Of a stretch of 34,649 bases of DNA, positions 10,045 through 18,842 are shown in pieces (positions within the stretch are counted from its first letter, which is position 1; every line of letters starts with the position of its first letter). The notes beneath the pieces are model-generated. The model ran no database searches and was not told where the DNA came from. It worked only from the letters and a program-made list of their open reading frames with translations. The position numbers were made by a program, and so were the translations under genes. This stretch comes from a virus (lineage: Duplodnaviria > Caudoviricetes), in the IMG/VR virus record IMGVR_UViG_3300049171_000188, positions 1-34,649 of that record; one strand, 5' to 3'.

Positions 10045-10257
10045 TCATACCCGGCTAATCCAATCCTCGAACTCTGCTTCGGATGGAGGCCTGACTTCGT
10101 CAGATGCGTTATGAAACGCTCGGAATCCTTTCATCGCGGTGCGGAATTGGAACACCGTCATTTCGTCTATTTGCAGTGGAGTGAATCCTGCTTGTGCTCC
10201 ATAGCCGTAAAAGTCTCCCCAAGCGATTAGTCCCCGCTCGCCGCCGTCACTAAAGGG
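10045..10257 (-). CDS. Frameshifted extension (gpT part) of the tail assembly chaperone G-T
   Basis: Slippery C-CCT-TTA at 10257-10251; -1 frame is open to TGA 10045 and reads SDGGERGLIAWGDFYGYGAQAGFTPLQIDEMTVFQFRTAMKGF...; not in ORF track. Confidence 0.8.
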   Translation of the reverse strand, partial: PFSDGGERGLIAWGDFYGYGAQAGFTPLQIDEMTVFQFRTAMKGFRAFHNASDEVRPPSEAEFEDWISRV

Positions 10258-10607
10258 TCTTCGCCTGTCGCTTCCTCCTCTTCGTCAGCGACACCGATCA
10301 GAGCGGCCATCAGGACTTCATAGGCGCAAAGATAGTAGTCGGAGAGGTAGCCTTCCTTGACGTAGTTTCGAATGAGCTTGGCGGCTTCCTCGTGCCGCAT
10401 ACCGCCACCGATAAGCCCAAGCCGGATAGTTTGCGTGACATCCTCAACAAACCAGTTACCCGCAACCAGCCTTTGTGAGAGAAAGTAGGGACCGACGTTA
10501 AGCGCCTCCTGCAAGGCGATGAGTTCCTCGATTCTGAGACGGAGAACGTATTCGTTGTCGCCAACGAACTTGGTGATTTTCGCTGATCGCGAGCGTTGTA
10601 GTTCCAT
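10227..10607 (-). CDS. Tail assembly chaperone G (GTA gp10-like family)
   Basis: IRLGLIGGGM motif; between tail tube and tape measure. Confidence 0.85.
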   Translation of the reverse strand: MELQRSRSAKITKFVGDNEYVLRLRIEELIALQEALNVGPYFLSQRLVAGNWFVEDVTQTIRLGLIGGGMRHEEAAKLIRNYVKEGYLSDYYLCAYEVLMAALIGVADEEEEATGEDPLVTAASGD

Positions 10608-10612
10608 GCTGC

Positions 10613-10619
10613 TATTTAT
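10613..10619 (-). promoter_or_regulatory. ATAAATA late-promoter-like motif
   Basis: CCTTAGATAAATA, 5 nt before ATG 10607, just after a terminator. Confidence 0.75.
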
Positions 10620-10629
10620 CTAAGGCATT

Positions 10630-10662
10630 AAAAAGGGGCGGCAGGATAACCCACCGCCCCTT
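10630..10662 (-). terminator. Intrinsic terminator after tail tube gene
   Basis: AAGGGGCGG...CCGCCCC hairpin followed by a T run on the minus strand. Confidence 0.75.
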
Positions 10663-10682
10663 AACTTCATTGGGACCTGAGC

Positions 10683-11114
10683 TTAGGAGGCGGGGCCAAC
10701 AGTGACCGGACCGGCCTGCTCAAGGGTAATCTGGCAAGTCGCGGACTTCAGCCGGTCGCCGCTGATTTGCCAAGAGGTCAGCACGAACTCGCCTTCGATC
10801 TGCCACGTCCCGTCAGATACCCGGATGTTCTTGATTTCGCCGCTCTGCGCCCACTCAAGCCATTCCTGCACATCGGCTTTGCTGAGCATACCAGCGCCGT
10901 CGATTTTGCAGTCAGTGGCACGAACGCGCCGAATGGTCTGAGCCGGTGCCGACTGGTCAGCGAGGTCGATCAACTCATCGGTTTCGGTGGAAGTCGAGAA
11001 AGTGATACCACGCGTGGTGTTGATGACATTAGGATGAGTGTAAACGGCAGGGGACGCGCCGTTGCTAATTTTGACGACGATAGTTTCGCCTAGAACTGGA
11101 ACAATAGTAGCCAT
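10683..11114 (-). CDS. Major tail tube protein (TP901-1/GTA-like)
   Basis: 143 aa, IDGAGM and IEGEFVLTSWQISG motifs; GGAG SD; position in tail module. Confidence 0.8.
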   Translation of the reverse strand: MATIVPVLGETIVVKISNGASPAVYTHPNVINTTRGITFSTSTETDELIDLADQSAPAQTIRRVRATDCKIDGAGMLSKADVQEWLEWAQSGEIKNIRVSDGTWQIEGEFVLTSWQISGDRLKSATCQITLEQAGPVTVGPAS

Positions 11115-11151
11115 GGGTAAACTCCAACATGAGAAAAAAGCTTCTTGAAGC

Positions 11152-11158
11152 TATTTAT
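11152..11158 (-). promoter_or_regulatory. ATAAATA motif with ~35 nt SD-containing leader
   Basis: Upstream arm 11162-11168 is complementary to the SD region 11122-11128. Confidence 0.75.
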
Positions 11159-11187
11159 CGCGTTGGAGCTTTTCGGATGGCGGCAGC

Positions 11188-11574
11188 TTACGGAGCCGGG
11201 TCTTCTTCCACCAAGTAACGGAACGTCAAAACGGCATGGCCGGTTTTCCCGTCACCATCTGTGAGATAGCGAACCCCCTCATAGAAGGCTTCGGCAGTTA
11301 GGAAGCCTTCGATGACAAGGGGGAAATCGAGAGCGATACGGACCTTGGCAGCGAGGATTTTGAAGTCCGGCTTGGTGCCGAACACGTCCACTGTGACAAA
11401 GCACTCGTGAAAGGCGCCGCCTTCTTCGTAGGCGGACAGGATTTGGTCATTGCCGATGATGACCCATGGCAGGGGAGTTCCCTGCGGGACCGAGTCATAG
11501 ACGTGATCGGTGCCGAGCGAACTCGTCATCAGCCGCTCATATACGGCTCTTTGCAGTGGGTAGCTTGGGTCCAT
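11188..11574 (-). CDS. Tail terminator / tail completion protein (DUF3168-like)
   Basis: LQRAVYERL, VYDSVP..PWVIIG and HAVLTFR motifs. Confidence 0.85.
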   Translation of the reverse strand: MDPSYPLQRAVYERLMTSSLGTDHVYDSVPQGTPLPWVIIGNDQILSAYEEGGAFHECFVTVDVFGTKPDFKILAAKVRIALDFPLVIEGFLTAEAFYEGVRYLTDGDGKTGHAVLTFRYLVEEDPAP

Positions 11575-11969
11575 CAGAAGGCCTCCCTCAGGGCTTTCCG
11601 GATCGCGCGGCGCATCCGGCCTTTATGCTTTTTGCGGAAGACCCGAGTGAGCGGGATGAACCACGGCTGCGCAGGAACGTGGCTGCCATCGGCAGCCTTG
11701 TGGCCGAACTCCAGAGGCACAGCGTATTCGAGTGCCTCGCTGCCCACTGACACGACCTGTTCGAGCAAACGGGGATCGCCCGCACTGACCGTCAGCGACT
11801 GTGCAAGGTGCGGTGCATGCGGGCTCTTTGGGATGATGATCTTCCCACGGCGCAGCATCTCATTTGCTGTCTTGATGTTGGCATCCCGGATGGCATTCCG
11901 GACCGTCTCAGGCATCCGGCCAAGCTTGGCCGCGAAACGCTCGATGTCAGAGGTGTCAACTAGCGCCAT
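11574..11969 (-). CDS. HK97 gp10-like neck protein
   Basis: YAVPLEFG and PAQPWFIP motifs. Confidence 0.85.
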   Translation of the reverse strand: MALVDTSDIERFAAKLGRMPETVRNAIRDANIKTANEMLRRGKIIIPKSPHAPHLAQSLTVSAGDPRLLEQVVSVGSEALEYAVPLEFGHKAADGSHVPAQPWFIPLTRVFRKKHKGRMRRAIRKALREAF

Positions 11970-12327
11970 CGGTCACCCCTCCGGTCTCGCAAAGGATGTG
12001 CAGATACCGGCTCTGCGGATCGAGCGAGCCCACCCACTTGATGGCGTAGACGGTGGCGTCAGGCTCGATGCTGACAAGCCGGTCGGCCGATGTCAGCGCC
12101 GCCAGTTCAGGCGAATTGCGGGCCACGATATCGAAACGAGAAATGCCAGAAAGCCGGGCAGACTGAACTTCCTCACTGCCTCGCTGCCCGGTGATCTTGG
12201 CGGCAAAACGCGGGACCAAGGTGGCCCAAGCAGTCGATATGCTGCCAGCTTCACCAATTTCTGTGCTCTGGCGGTCAGCCCGCAAGGAATGACGGAGATC
12301 GCCCGAGCGCGGCGGGATGTAGGCCAT
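11956..12327 (-). CDS. Head closure protein (SPP1 gp16-like)
   Basis: SGDLRH N-terminus, YAIK and LHILCE motifs; synteny. Confidence 0.8.
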   Translation of the reverse strand: MAYIPPRSGDLRHSLRADRQSTEIGEAGSISTAWATLVPRFAAKITGQRGSEEVQSARLSGISRFDIVARNSPELAALTSADRLVSIEPDATVYAIKWVGSLDPQSRYLHILCETGGVTDGAS

Positions 12328-12575
12328 TACTTGGCCTCATCGTCGGAGCCATCTTCGTAGGCTTCGTCCAAATCCTCAATGACTTCGTCAATTTCAGGAC
12401 CGACATCAAACAGGTTATCTTCTGCAAAGTCAGAGTAAATCGCGACCCCCTTAGCGACCAAAAGGTCCGCCAGTTCATCTTCAACGTGGAGTTCGTCGGC
12501 AGCCCGATAAACGACGCTCTGATACTTTGTCAGGTGATGCTCGTAGTCACGATGGAAGAAGATGCGCTTGCTCAT
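12327..12575 (-). CDS. Hypothetical small acidic protein
   Basis: ATG 5 nt after motif; TAATG coupling to next gene. Confidence 0.7.
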   Translation of the reverse strand: MSKRIFFHRDYEHHLTKYQSVVYRAADELHVEDELADLLVAKGVAIYSDFAEDNLFDVGPEIDEVIEDLDEAYEDGSDDEAK

Positions 12576-12580
12576 GCGGA

Positions 12581-12587
12581 TATTTAT
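12581..12587 (-). promoter_or_regulatory. ATAAATA motif in hairpin, overlapping the upstream TAA stop
   Basis: CGGATA-TT-TATCCG at 12577-12590; 5 nt before ATG 12575. Confidence 0.75.
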
Positions 12588-13138
12588 CCGAATGCGCGAT
12601 ATCTGTTCAGAATGGCGTTAACACCAAGCGGAACCTCTTTGACTTCCATGGAAGTCCCGCCTGCCGTGGCCGCTTCCCGATTTTCGTTCAGGTGGCCCAC
12701 GATCAGCAGCACGGCTGCTTTGAGGTCAGCCGGGATGACATCGTAGCCAGCCGTGAAGGTGACCTTGACCTTGCCGTTGCCGACATAGCCAATGGGGTTG
12801 TGACAGACGATCCGAGCCGGAACGCTGTCTAGGTCAACGTCATACGTGGCCGCATCGACGGTCACCCCGTTGACCCGGATATGGGTGACTGATTGCACCG
12901 GGCAGAGATCGAGGGTGATGACCCTTGGCAGGCTATCGAGGGACAGCCGCCACGAGCGCGAGACCAACGGGATACCGGCGCCGGTCGGGCCCTCGATAAA
13001 CGCTGTGGCAGCCGCGATCAGGCCTTCGATGTAGGTGTCATCGAGCGAATGATAGATGCGCAGATGCGCCTTCGCTTCAGCGAGGGTCAGGACGGTATCT
13101 TGTGCCGCCGACACAGCAACAAGCCGGGTCCAGTCCAT
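12584..13138 (-). CDS. Head-tail connector (gp6 / phiE125 gp8-like)
   Basis: LTLAEAKAHLRI, DDTYIEGLIAAAT and AVLLIVGHLNENRE motifs. Confidence 0.9.
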   Translation of the reverse strand: MDWTRLVAVSAAQDTVLTLAEAKAHLRIYHSLDDTYIEGLIAAATAFIEGPTGAGIPLVSRSWRLSLDSLPRVITLDLCPVQSVTHIRVNGVTVDAATYDVDLDSVPARIVCHNPIGYVGNGKVKVTFTAGYDVIPADLKAAVLLIVGHLNENREAATAGGTSMEVKEVPLGVNAILNRYRAFG

Positions 13139-13335
13139 CAGGCCTTCTTGCGGCTGACAGTGGCCGTGCGCTTGCCGGTTGGCTTGACAGTCGCGGTCTC
13201 GATGACCTGCGTCTCGATGACGGGTTCAGCGATCCCGGCCGCGACCCAACGCGGCCCTTCAGGGGTCTCGTAGATGTCGCCTCTGCGAAGATTGATTTCA
13301 GGGCCAACAAGGCCGGTCAAAAGTCGAACTTTCAT
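13138..13335 (-). CDS. Small conserved post-capsid protein
   Basis: Start re-assigned to ATG 13335 (MKVRLLTGLVG...RWVAAGIAEP), 5 nt after motif; longer ORF runs through a terminator. Confidence 0.75.
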   Translation of the reverse strand: MKVRLLTGLVGPEINLRRGDIYETPEGPRWVAAGIAEPVIETQVIETATVKPTGKRTATVSRKKA

Positions 13336-13340
13336 GAAAG

Positions 13341-13347
13341 TATTTAT
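13341..13347 (-). promoter_or_regulatory. ATAAATA late-promoter-like motif
   Basis: 5 nt before ATG 13335, directly downstream of the capsid terminator. Confidence 0.75.
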
Positions 13348-13357
13348 CTGAACGACC

Positions 13358-13394
13358 AAAAGGAAAGGCCCCCAAGTCCGAAGACTTGAGGGCC
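13358..13394 (-). terminator. Intrinsic terminator with C(UUCG)G tetraloop after major capsid gene
   Basis: GGCCCTCAAGTC-TTCG-GACTTGGGGGCC-TTTCCTTTT on the minus strand. Confidence 0.85.
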
Positions 13395-13439
13395 GAAACC
13401 TACCCGATGGTGCGCACACCGCCGGACAAGGGGTAGTGC

Positions 13440-14624
13440 TTACGAAGCCGCCATTGTCAGCTTCTTGATGGCACGAGCGTCAACAACAGCGCTGTCAACG
13501 CGAACGAAGGTCACGAAACCAACCTGATCGAATTCCGCGTAACGCTCATTCAGGCGCTGGATGCCGAGGCCATTGACCTTGCGAACCCAGAACTTGCTGA
13601 AGTTACCAAAGATGATCGGAACGGCACCAGCGCCGATGTTGGCCATGTCCTGATTGACCCAGAACGGACGGCCATTGATGAGATCAGGCTGACCAGCAAC
13701 CATGGCGGTCTGCCACATCGGGCGGCCATCGGCATCCTTCAGGAGGCGAGCCGAAAGGCGGGTCGCATCGTTGAACATGTAGCCACAACCGGGGACGCGG
13801 TAAGCGGGGTCAACCGAGGCTTCGAGCTTAACGAAGTCATCGGCAGTAATCGCGTTGGTGGCAGCGGCAGTGATGCCAGCCGAAGCACCGGTCACAATAC
13901 CACCGGGCTGCGTTGTGCCGTTGCCGGTCGTCAGGTGGGTGTTGATGATGCGACCAAGGGCCTCACCGGACAGTTCACCAACCAGAGCAGCGATATCGAA
14001 AACCGAGTCTTGGAACAGTTCGCGAGAAACCTTCACGACACCCGAGGTATACTTCTTGGCAGTGAAGGTCTTCTGACCGAACACCTTCTTTTCGGCACCT
14101 TCAGCTTCGGTGTTTTCACCGATGAGGGCGCCGACGCTCGAAGTATCGTCAAGGGTCGGGATCGGAAGCGGGTTGCCGCTGCTGGTCGGCAGGTAGTGCA
14201 CCGGACCATCGAGGTAGAGAGGGCCGTAAGCCTTCAGGGCCTTGACGAGGGTCGGGATGTAGCCCTCTGGCACGAGGAAGCCACCGTCAGCATCGGCTGA
14301 GACGCCCTGAGGGCCAGCCGCGCGAAACTCACGCCCATCGATGTTGCCACGCAGGTAGTCGGCAAACGCCTTTTCACGGGTGTCGCCTTCGCTGCGGGCT
14401 TCGACAGTCGAGTTCTCAACCGGCAGGCGGTCGATCTGCTCAAGAGCCTTGCTCTTGCGCTCGATTTCCTCAAGCTGGCTGACACGCAGTTCGTAGCCGT
14501 CAGCTTCAGTCAGCATGCGCTTGACAGTCTCGGCATCGTCGCCGGTCATGTCGTTCTTTTCGATGAGATCACGCGCCTTCTGGCGAATGTCGATCAACTT
14601 GGCATTCAGTTCAGTGATATTCAT
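13440..14624 (-). CDS. Major capsid protein, HK97 fold, with N-terminal delta domain
   Basis: DGGFLVPE, VSRELFQDS, GNGTTQPGGI, DADGRPMW and IIFGNFS motifs; start ATG 14624 with GGAG SD. Confidence 0.95.
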   Translation of the reverse strand: MNITELNAKLIDIRQKARDLIEKNDMTGDDAETVKRMLTEADGYELRVSQLEEIERKSKALEQIDRLPVENSTVEARSEGDTREKAFADYLRGNIDGREFRAAGPQGVSADADGGFLVPEGYIPTLVKALKAYGPLYLDGPVHYLPTSSGNPLPIPTLDDTSSVGALIGENTEAEGAEKKVFGQKTFTAKKYTSGVVKVSRELFQDSVFDIAALVGELSGEALGRIINTHLTTGNGTTQPGGIVTGASAGITAAATNAITADDFVKLEASVDPAYRVPGCGYMFNDATRLSARLLKDADGRPMWQTAMVAGQPDLINGRPFWVNQDMANIGAGAVPIIFGNFSKFWVRKVNGLGIQRLNERYAEFDQVGFVTFVRVDSAVVDARAIKKLTMAAS

Positions 14625-14663
14625 GTGTAGTAACTCCAACGAGAAGGATTTCTTCGATGGAGT

Positions 14664-14670
14664 TATTTAT
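14664..14670 (-). promoter_or_regulatory. ATAAATA motif with SD-containing leader
   Basis: 14658-14665 is complementary to the SD region 14631-14638. Confidence 0.75.
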
Positions 14671-14701
14671 CTGCGTGGCTCACTTGGTTGACGCAGGCAT
14701 G

Positions 14702-14735
14702 AAAAAGGGGCCGCTTCCATTTGGAAGCGACCCCT
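14702..14735 (-). terminator. Intrinsic terminator after prohead protease
   Basis: AGGGGTCGCTTCCA..TGGAAGCGGCCCC-TTTTT on the minus strand. Confidence 0.8.
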
Positions 14736-14740
14736 CGTTA

Positions 14741-15391
14741 TTAGAACTTCAACCCGTGGGCTCTTGCGTAGAGCCTCATTCTTGTTTGGAGATCGACTCC
14801 CGGAACATCGGGCTCGTTGGCGGTCCCCGCCTCCTCGCACACCTCATCGGTCGCGCGTTTCTCCGCCTTGTGCCCCTCTAGGCGACGTTGCGCCTCTTCG
14901 ATGTTGTGGCTCCGGAGGTCAGCAGAGGTCTCGCCGTAGGCCGGATCGATGACTAAGCTGATTTCGTAGAGGTTCACCTGTTTGAGGGTGCGCTCCCACC
15001 GATGATCCGGCATTTCCAGCCAGTCTTCATCGATCACAGAAAAGCCGATGCTCATTCGCATGTCACCATCAGCCAGAGCACTGCGCTCGGCATCTGACAT
15101 CCGCGAAATATCCATTTCGAAGTAAAGTCCGCGCTCATCTTCCTTGAGCGTCAGCTTGCCGCTGCCAGTGGATGCTAGAGGCTTGTCATTTCGATGCGAC
15201 CACAGCGCATAGATGTTATGCCCTGCCTCCAGAGTTCGTTTAAAAGCACCGGGAGCAATTCGCTCGACAAATCCACCGAGATCGAATGACAGAGAATTGA
15301 ATACCGCCGCGTAGCCCTTGGCGCGGCCTTCGGTCTCATCGCTCTTCGCGCGGACTTCCAAGCCAGTGAGTGTGTAAGTTCGTTTTTCCAT
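14741..15391 (-). CDS. Prohead protease, HK97 family
   Basis: GYAAVFNS, ERIAPGAF, ALWSH, MSIGF and YEISLVIDPAY motifs. Confidence 0.95.
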   Translation of the reverse strand: MEKRTYTLTGLEVRAKSDETEGRAKGYAAVFNSLSFDLGGFVERIAPGAFKRTLEAGHNIYALWSHRNDKPLASTGSGKLTLKEDERGLYFEMDISRMSDAERSALADGDMRMSIGFSVIDEDWLEMPDHRWERTLKQVNLYEISLVIDPAYGETSADLRSHNIEEAQRRLEGHKAEKRATDEVCEEAGTANEPDVPGVDLQTRMRLYARAHGLKF

Positions 15392-15395
15392 GTGA

Positions 15396-15402
15396 TATTT
15401 AC
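15396..15402 (-). promoter_or_regulatory. Variant motif GTAAATA
   Basis: 4 nt before ATG 15391, overlaps the portal TAA; GGAG SD also present at 15402-15405. Confidence 0.45.
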
Positions 15403-16664
15403 TCCGATGGCTCGTCAGCGCTGATTGGCGGTGGCGTTGGGTTGTTCTGGCCAGCCATGCTCAAGGGCACCGTGGCACCCTGAACGAGCAGTTCGTCGCC
15501 GCCCTCTTTGGCTGGCATGTCTTCGAGGCCGCGCGCCTCGTTGGGCGTCAAGAGCGCCGCGTTCACAGCACGAGCGAGACCTTCCATACGGGCTTTGAAA
15601 TCACCGCGTAGAAGTCCGCTCAGATTGAACTTGAAATAGTTGCCCTTGTTGCGCGCTCCGAACAGCTTCGCATTCATCTCCTGCTCAATCATGATGATGA
15701 TTGGCTGAAGCGTCTGCTGAACAAAGTTCAAGTTCTGCTGTTCTACGTTTGAATAGGTTCCATTGGACAGGTCATGCAAGATCGTCGGCGGAACGTTGAA
15801 GATGCGCGCCGTTTCGGTGACCATGAAGCGGCGAAGCTCGACAAGCTGCGACTTGGCGGGATCGATGCCGATGCTCTCGATACGGTGACCGGCAGGCGCG
15901 ATGAGCACCTGAGACTTCGTCCGGTTCGATGCCTTCACCGCGTCAGCGATGTTATCGACGGCGCGCTGATTGCCCTGCGGGGAGCCAGCGACGGGCGCAT
16001 TCAACACCAGCGGCGGGACACCACCATTAGCGAAGTGCTTCCCGGCGAATTTCTCCGCCGCAATCATCAACGCAATGGCATCACGATTGGTTGTAACGGG
16101 ATTGCGGTGGCGAAACCCGTCAGCAGCCGGAAACCAGACCAAGTCTATTACTTCGCTGCTGTCGTATGTCAGCGTTGTTGATCCAACCTCGTAATTATAG
16201 AAGCGTTTGATTTCGCCCCCGACGACCAGTTGTTCAATTTTCAGTTTTGTATCATCGAGCGGCAGTAGCGCTTTGACGCGCCCACCTTTGTTGCGACCGA
16301 TGTAGGCGGTGGCGCGCCCGCCTAAGAGTAGGCGGGAGACCATCCACTTGTAGAAAGCCGGGGCAGTCTGATGGTCGTTCGGACGGTCATGAAGGATGTA
16401 ATAAAGCGGGTTCGCGGTGTCCTTTTCGGCCCCGTCCGGGGTGTCCTTGAACAGGTGGGCCGGAAGGCTGGCGATGGTGCCGCTGACGACGTTGACAGCC
16501 TGCCAAATCGAGGTGACGCCAAGGGCGGTCTCCTCATTGACCTTGTCGCCGGTAACAGTGGCAGCTTGGGCGAAGAACGCATCCAAACTGGCAGCGTCAT
16601 TCAATGAAACTGAAGGATTTTCGAGAGAGCGCGTCTCTGCGCCAAAGATACCAAATAGGGCCAT
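15399..16664 (-). CDS. Portal protein, HK97 family
   Basis: ISTLASLP-like SGTIASLP, HDRPN, FANGGVP, ARIFNVPP, YSNVEQQ, LLRGD and TPNEAR motifs. Confidence 0.95.
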   Translation of the reverse strand: MALFGIFGAETRSLENPSVSLNDAASLDAFFAQAATVTGDKVNEETALGVTSIWQAVNVVSGTIASLPAHLFKDTPDGAEKDTANPLYYILHDRPNDHQTAPAFYKWMVSRLLLGGRATAYIGRNKGGRVKALLPLDDTKLKIEQLVVGGEIKRFYNYEVGSTTLTYDSSEVIDLVWFPAADGFRHRNPVTTNRDAIALMIAAEKFAGKHFANGGVPPLVLNAPVAGSPQGNQRAVDNIADAVKASNRTKSQVLIAPAGHRIESIGIDPAKSQLVELRRFMVTETARIFNVPPTILHDLSNGTYSNVEQQNLNFVQQTLQPIIIMIEQEMNAKLFGARNKGNYFKFNLSGLLRGDFKARMEGLARAVNAALLTPNEARGLEDMPAKEGGDELLVQGATVPLSMAGQNNPTPPPISADEPSE

Positions 16665-16668
16665 GCCA

Positions 16669-16675
16669 TATTTAT
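16669..16675 (-). promoter_or_regulatory. ATAAATA late-promoter-like motif
   Basis: 4 nt before ATG 16664; imperfect inverted repeat with 16686-16697. Confidence 0.75.
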
Positions 16676-16722
16676 CTGGCTAGCGCAGATAGATGGCTGG
16701 TCAGTGTGGGGTTAGCGTCAGG

Positions 16723-18381
16723 TCATACCACTTGAATTGAAAAGTTCTCGTCTTCCCATGGCGACGTAACTACCTTCCCCACCCTGTCTCTTGCTTTGAG
16801 TCCAAGGGCCATTGCCAACGCAACGGCACCGTCGATGCGCATCGTTGACTTTCGTTTGTCGAACTTGCGGTTGTCCTTTTCGTCAGCGACTACCAGCGCA
16901 TGCATGACACACGAGGTTAGCAGTGGCTGATTTCCATGACGGAGATCGCCGGTCAGAATGGCTTCCTCAAACGCGTCAATGGCAGGCGCCATATCGACCG
17001 GGCCCTGACCCCACGGAACAACGCGCAGCCCACCTGTCCAACTATGGCTGCCCTCCTGCGCTTCGAGACCGATTTCCTCGAAGTAGTTCAGAAGCTGCTC
17101 GGTTCGGTAACGGTCATATGCCAATCCAAGAATGTTATATTTCTTGTGCAATTCCGCGACCTTGGCCCCGACATCGCGCGGGTTCACCAGCTTTCCGGAG
17201 CACGTCAGAAGGTCGCCATCTTTGACGGCTAGATCATAGCGCACGCCGTCGCGCTTGGTGTGCTCCTCGATGCAATCTTCGGGCTTCCAAAACCAGCTAT
17301 CAATTCGGCTGCCATTGTGGGCGCTGACCATGACCAGTGCGGTCAGGTCGTGCTTTCGCGACATGTCGAGACCGAGATAGACATCCTCGCCGTCAATGGC
17401 TCGCTTTGACTCTTGATCGAAGTGGTTGGCCACAAAGGTGCAGCGGGTTGGCTGCCCGGCCTCATCCAAATTGGTGCACGCCTTCCATTCGGACCGGCTG
17501 ATTAGCGAGGAGTGCAGTGATACCCGCTGATTTAGGTAGAGGAGCCTGAAGCTCTGCTCCTCGGACGACAGGCGCGCCGCCCGCGCGGCCATAACCTCGA
17601 ACTCCTCAAGGTCGCGGAAATCACCGAGCGCCGGATTGGCCTTAGCCCACTGGTCGCGGTCTAGCAGGTCACAATCATCGTCAGCCGCGTAGAGGTGACA
17701 GACGACTGTCGGGTCCTTCTTGTTGCCATCGTCATCGACACGAAGGCCATCGTCGATCATCTCGCTTAGCGGGTGCTTGGGATCGTTGTTCTGGGTTGAA
17801 ATCGTCAGGAACAGGGGGTTTGCCCGCGCGCCCTGACTGGTCAGCAGGGTATCGAGGAGTTCGCGCTTCTTCGCCTGTGCGAGTTCGTCATAGATGACGA
17901 AGGACGGGTTCAAGCCATGCTGGCGCCCGGCGTCAGCAGACAGCGCCTGAAACTTCGAACCGGACCCCTTCAGCCCCTGTTCTTTGACGAAGATGGTCTT
18001 GGTGCTTTTGACGATGGTGAGGCGCTTGCGCAGCTTGGGGTTGGCTTCAACCATCCGGCAGACGGCGCGGAACACGATGCTGGCCTGATTGCGGTCATTC
18101 GCCGCGCTGTAGATTTCCCCGTTAAGTTCAGCAGCCGGGCCGATCAGGAAGGCGAGCACGAGGGCGGCTGCCAGTTCGGTCTTCCCGTTCTTGCGGGCGA
18201 TGCTCAGCACCGCGCGCCTGACCAGCCGGTTACCAGTCGGGCCAATGGGATCGAAGACATCGCGGATGAAGGCTTGCTGCCAGTCACGAAGGATGAAGTT
18301 CTTACCTTCGTCCTTGCCGATAGTGATTTTGAGCTTTTCGATGAAACGAATGACAAGCTCGCCAAGTGGTTCGCCGGTCAT
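16723..18381 (-). CDS. terL: Terminase large subunit
   Basis: Walker A ARKNGKT, Walker B IYDE, IST coupling motif, nuclease GLDMS..DLTA and RIDGAVA. Confidence 0.95.
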   Translation of the reverse strand: MTGEPLGELVIRFIEKLKITIGKDEGKNFILRDWQQAFIRDVFDPIGPTGNRLVRRAVLSIARKNGKTELAAALVLAFLIGPAAELNGEIYSAANDRNQASIVFRAVCRMVEANPKLRKRLTIVKSTKTIFVKEQGLKGSGSKFQALSADAGRQHGLNPSFVIYDELAQAKKRELLDTLLTSQGARANPLFLTISTQNNDPKHPLSEMIDDGLRVDDDGNKKDPTVVCHLYAADDDCDLLDRDQWAKANPALGDFRDLEEFEVMAARAARLSSEEQSFRLLYLNQRVSLHSSLISRSEWKACTNLDEAGQPTRCTFVANHFDQESKRAIDGEDVYLGLDMSRKHDLTALVMVSAHNGSRIDSWFWKPEDCIEEHTKRDGVRYDLAVKDGDLLTCSGKLVNPRDVGAKVAELHKKYNILGLAYDRYRTEQLLNYFEEIGLEAQEGSHSWTGGLRVVPWGQGPVDMAPAIDAFEEAILTGDLRHGNQPLLTSCVMHALVVADEKDNRKFDKRKSTMRIDGAVALAMALGLKARDRVGKVVTSPWEDENFSIQVV

Positions 18382-18830
18382 CAGTTAATCAGGCCATCGA
18401 ACTCGTCTTCTTCTTGCGGCTCTGGTATCTCCAACGACTGGCGGGCAGCCGGATCAAGACCTAGCCGCTGACCTAGAGTGACGATCAGGCGCGCTTGATT
18501 GGCCTGCTCTTTGTAGGCGGGATTGATGACATCCTGCCCGGTGGAGCCGGTAGAGATCGGCGCGAAGCTGGCGTCAGCGATGATTGCCGTCATGTGCTGG
18601 TGCACCGATACGGCTTCGCAGTAGGCTGCCAGCAAGTGGGTATCGCAGCCCGAGTAAACGCCTTCCGGCATGGACTTGACCAAGGCGGCCCACACCTTGC
18701 GGGCGACAGCCGTCATGATCGCAGGCGGTTTGGGAGCGTCCTTAGGCCTTGGCTCCCGCTTGTTCAGCGGTCTCTTTGAAGGATTTCCGGATAGCTCTTT
18801 AATTCGGGTAGGTGTTTTGGCACGAGGCAT
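18381..18830 (-). CDS. terS: Terminase small subunit, P27 family
   Basis: GNPSKRPLN, LAAYCEA, INPA and LGLDPAAR motifs. Confidence 0.92.
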   Translation of the reverse strand: MPRAKTPTRIKELSGNPSKRPLNKREPRPKDAPKPPAIMTAVARKVWAALVKSMPEGVYSGCDTHLLAAYCEAVSVHQHMTAIIADASFAPISTGSTGQDVINPAYKEQANQARLIVTLGQRLGLDPAARQSLEIPEPQEEDEFDGLIN

Positions 18831-18835
18831 GCCGG

Positions 18836-18842
18836 TATTTAT
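18836..18842 (-). promoter_or_regulatory. ATAAATA late-promoter-like motif
   Basis: CCTTAGATAAATA, 5 nt before ATG 18830. Confidence 0.75.

Noticed and set aside
1780-18779. Many plus-strand ORFs (e.g. 2154-2891, 8225-8977, 11407-12360, 17917-18471)
   Set aside because: Antisense shadows of well-supported minus-strand genes in GC-rich DNA
5315-18830. Gene transfer agent cluster
   Set aside because: Several genes are GTA-like, but P27 TerS, gp74-like HNH, a 985 aa TMP, morons and an MTase fit a true cos-type phage or prophage
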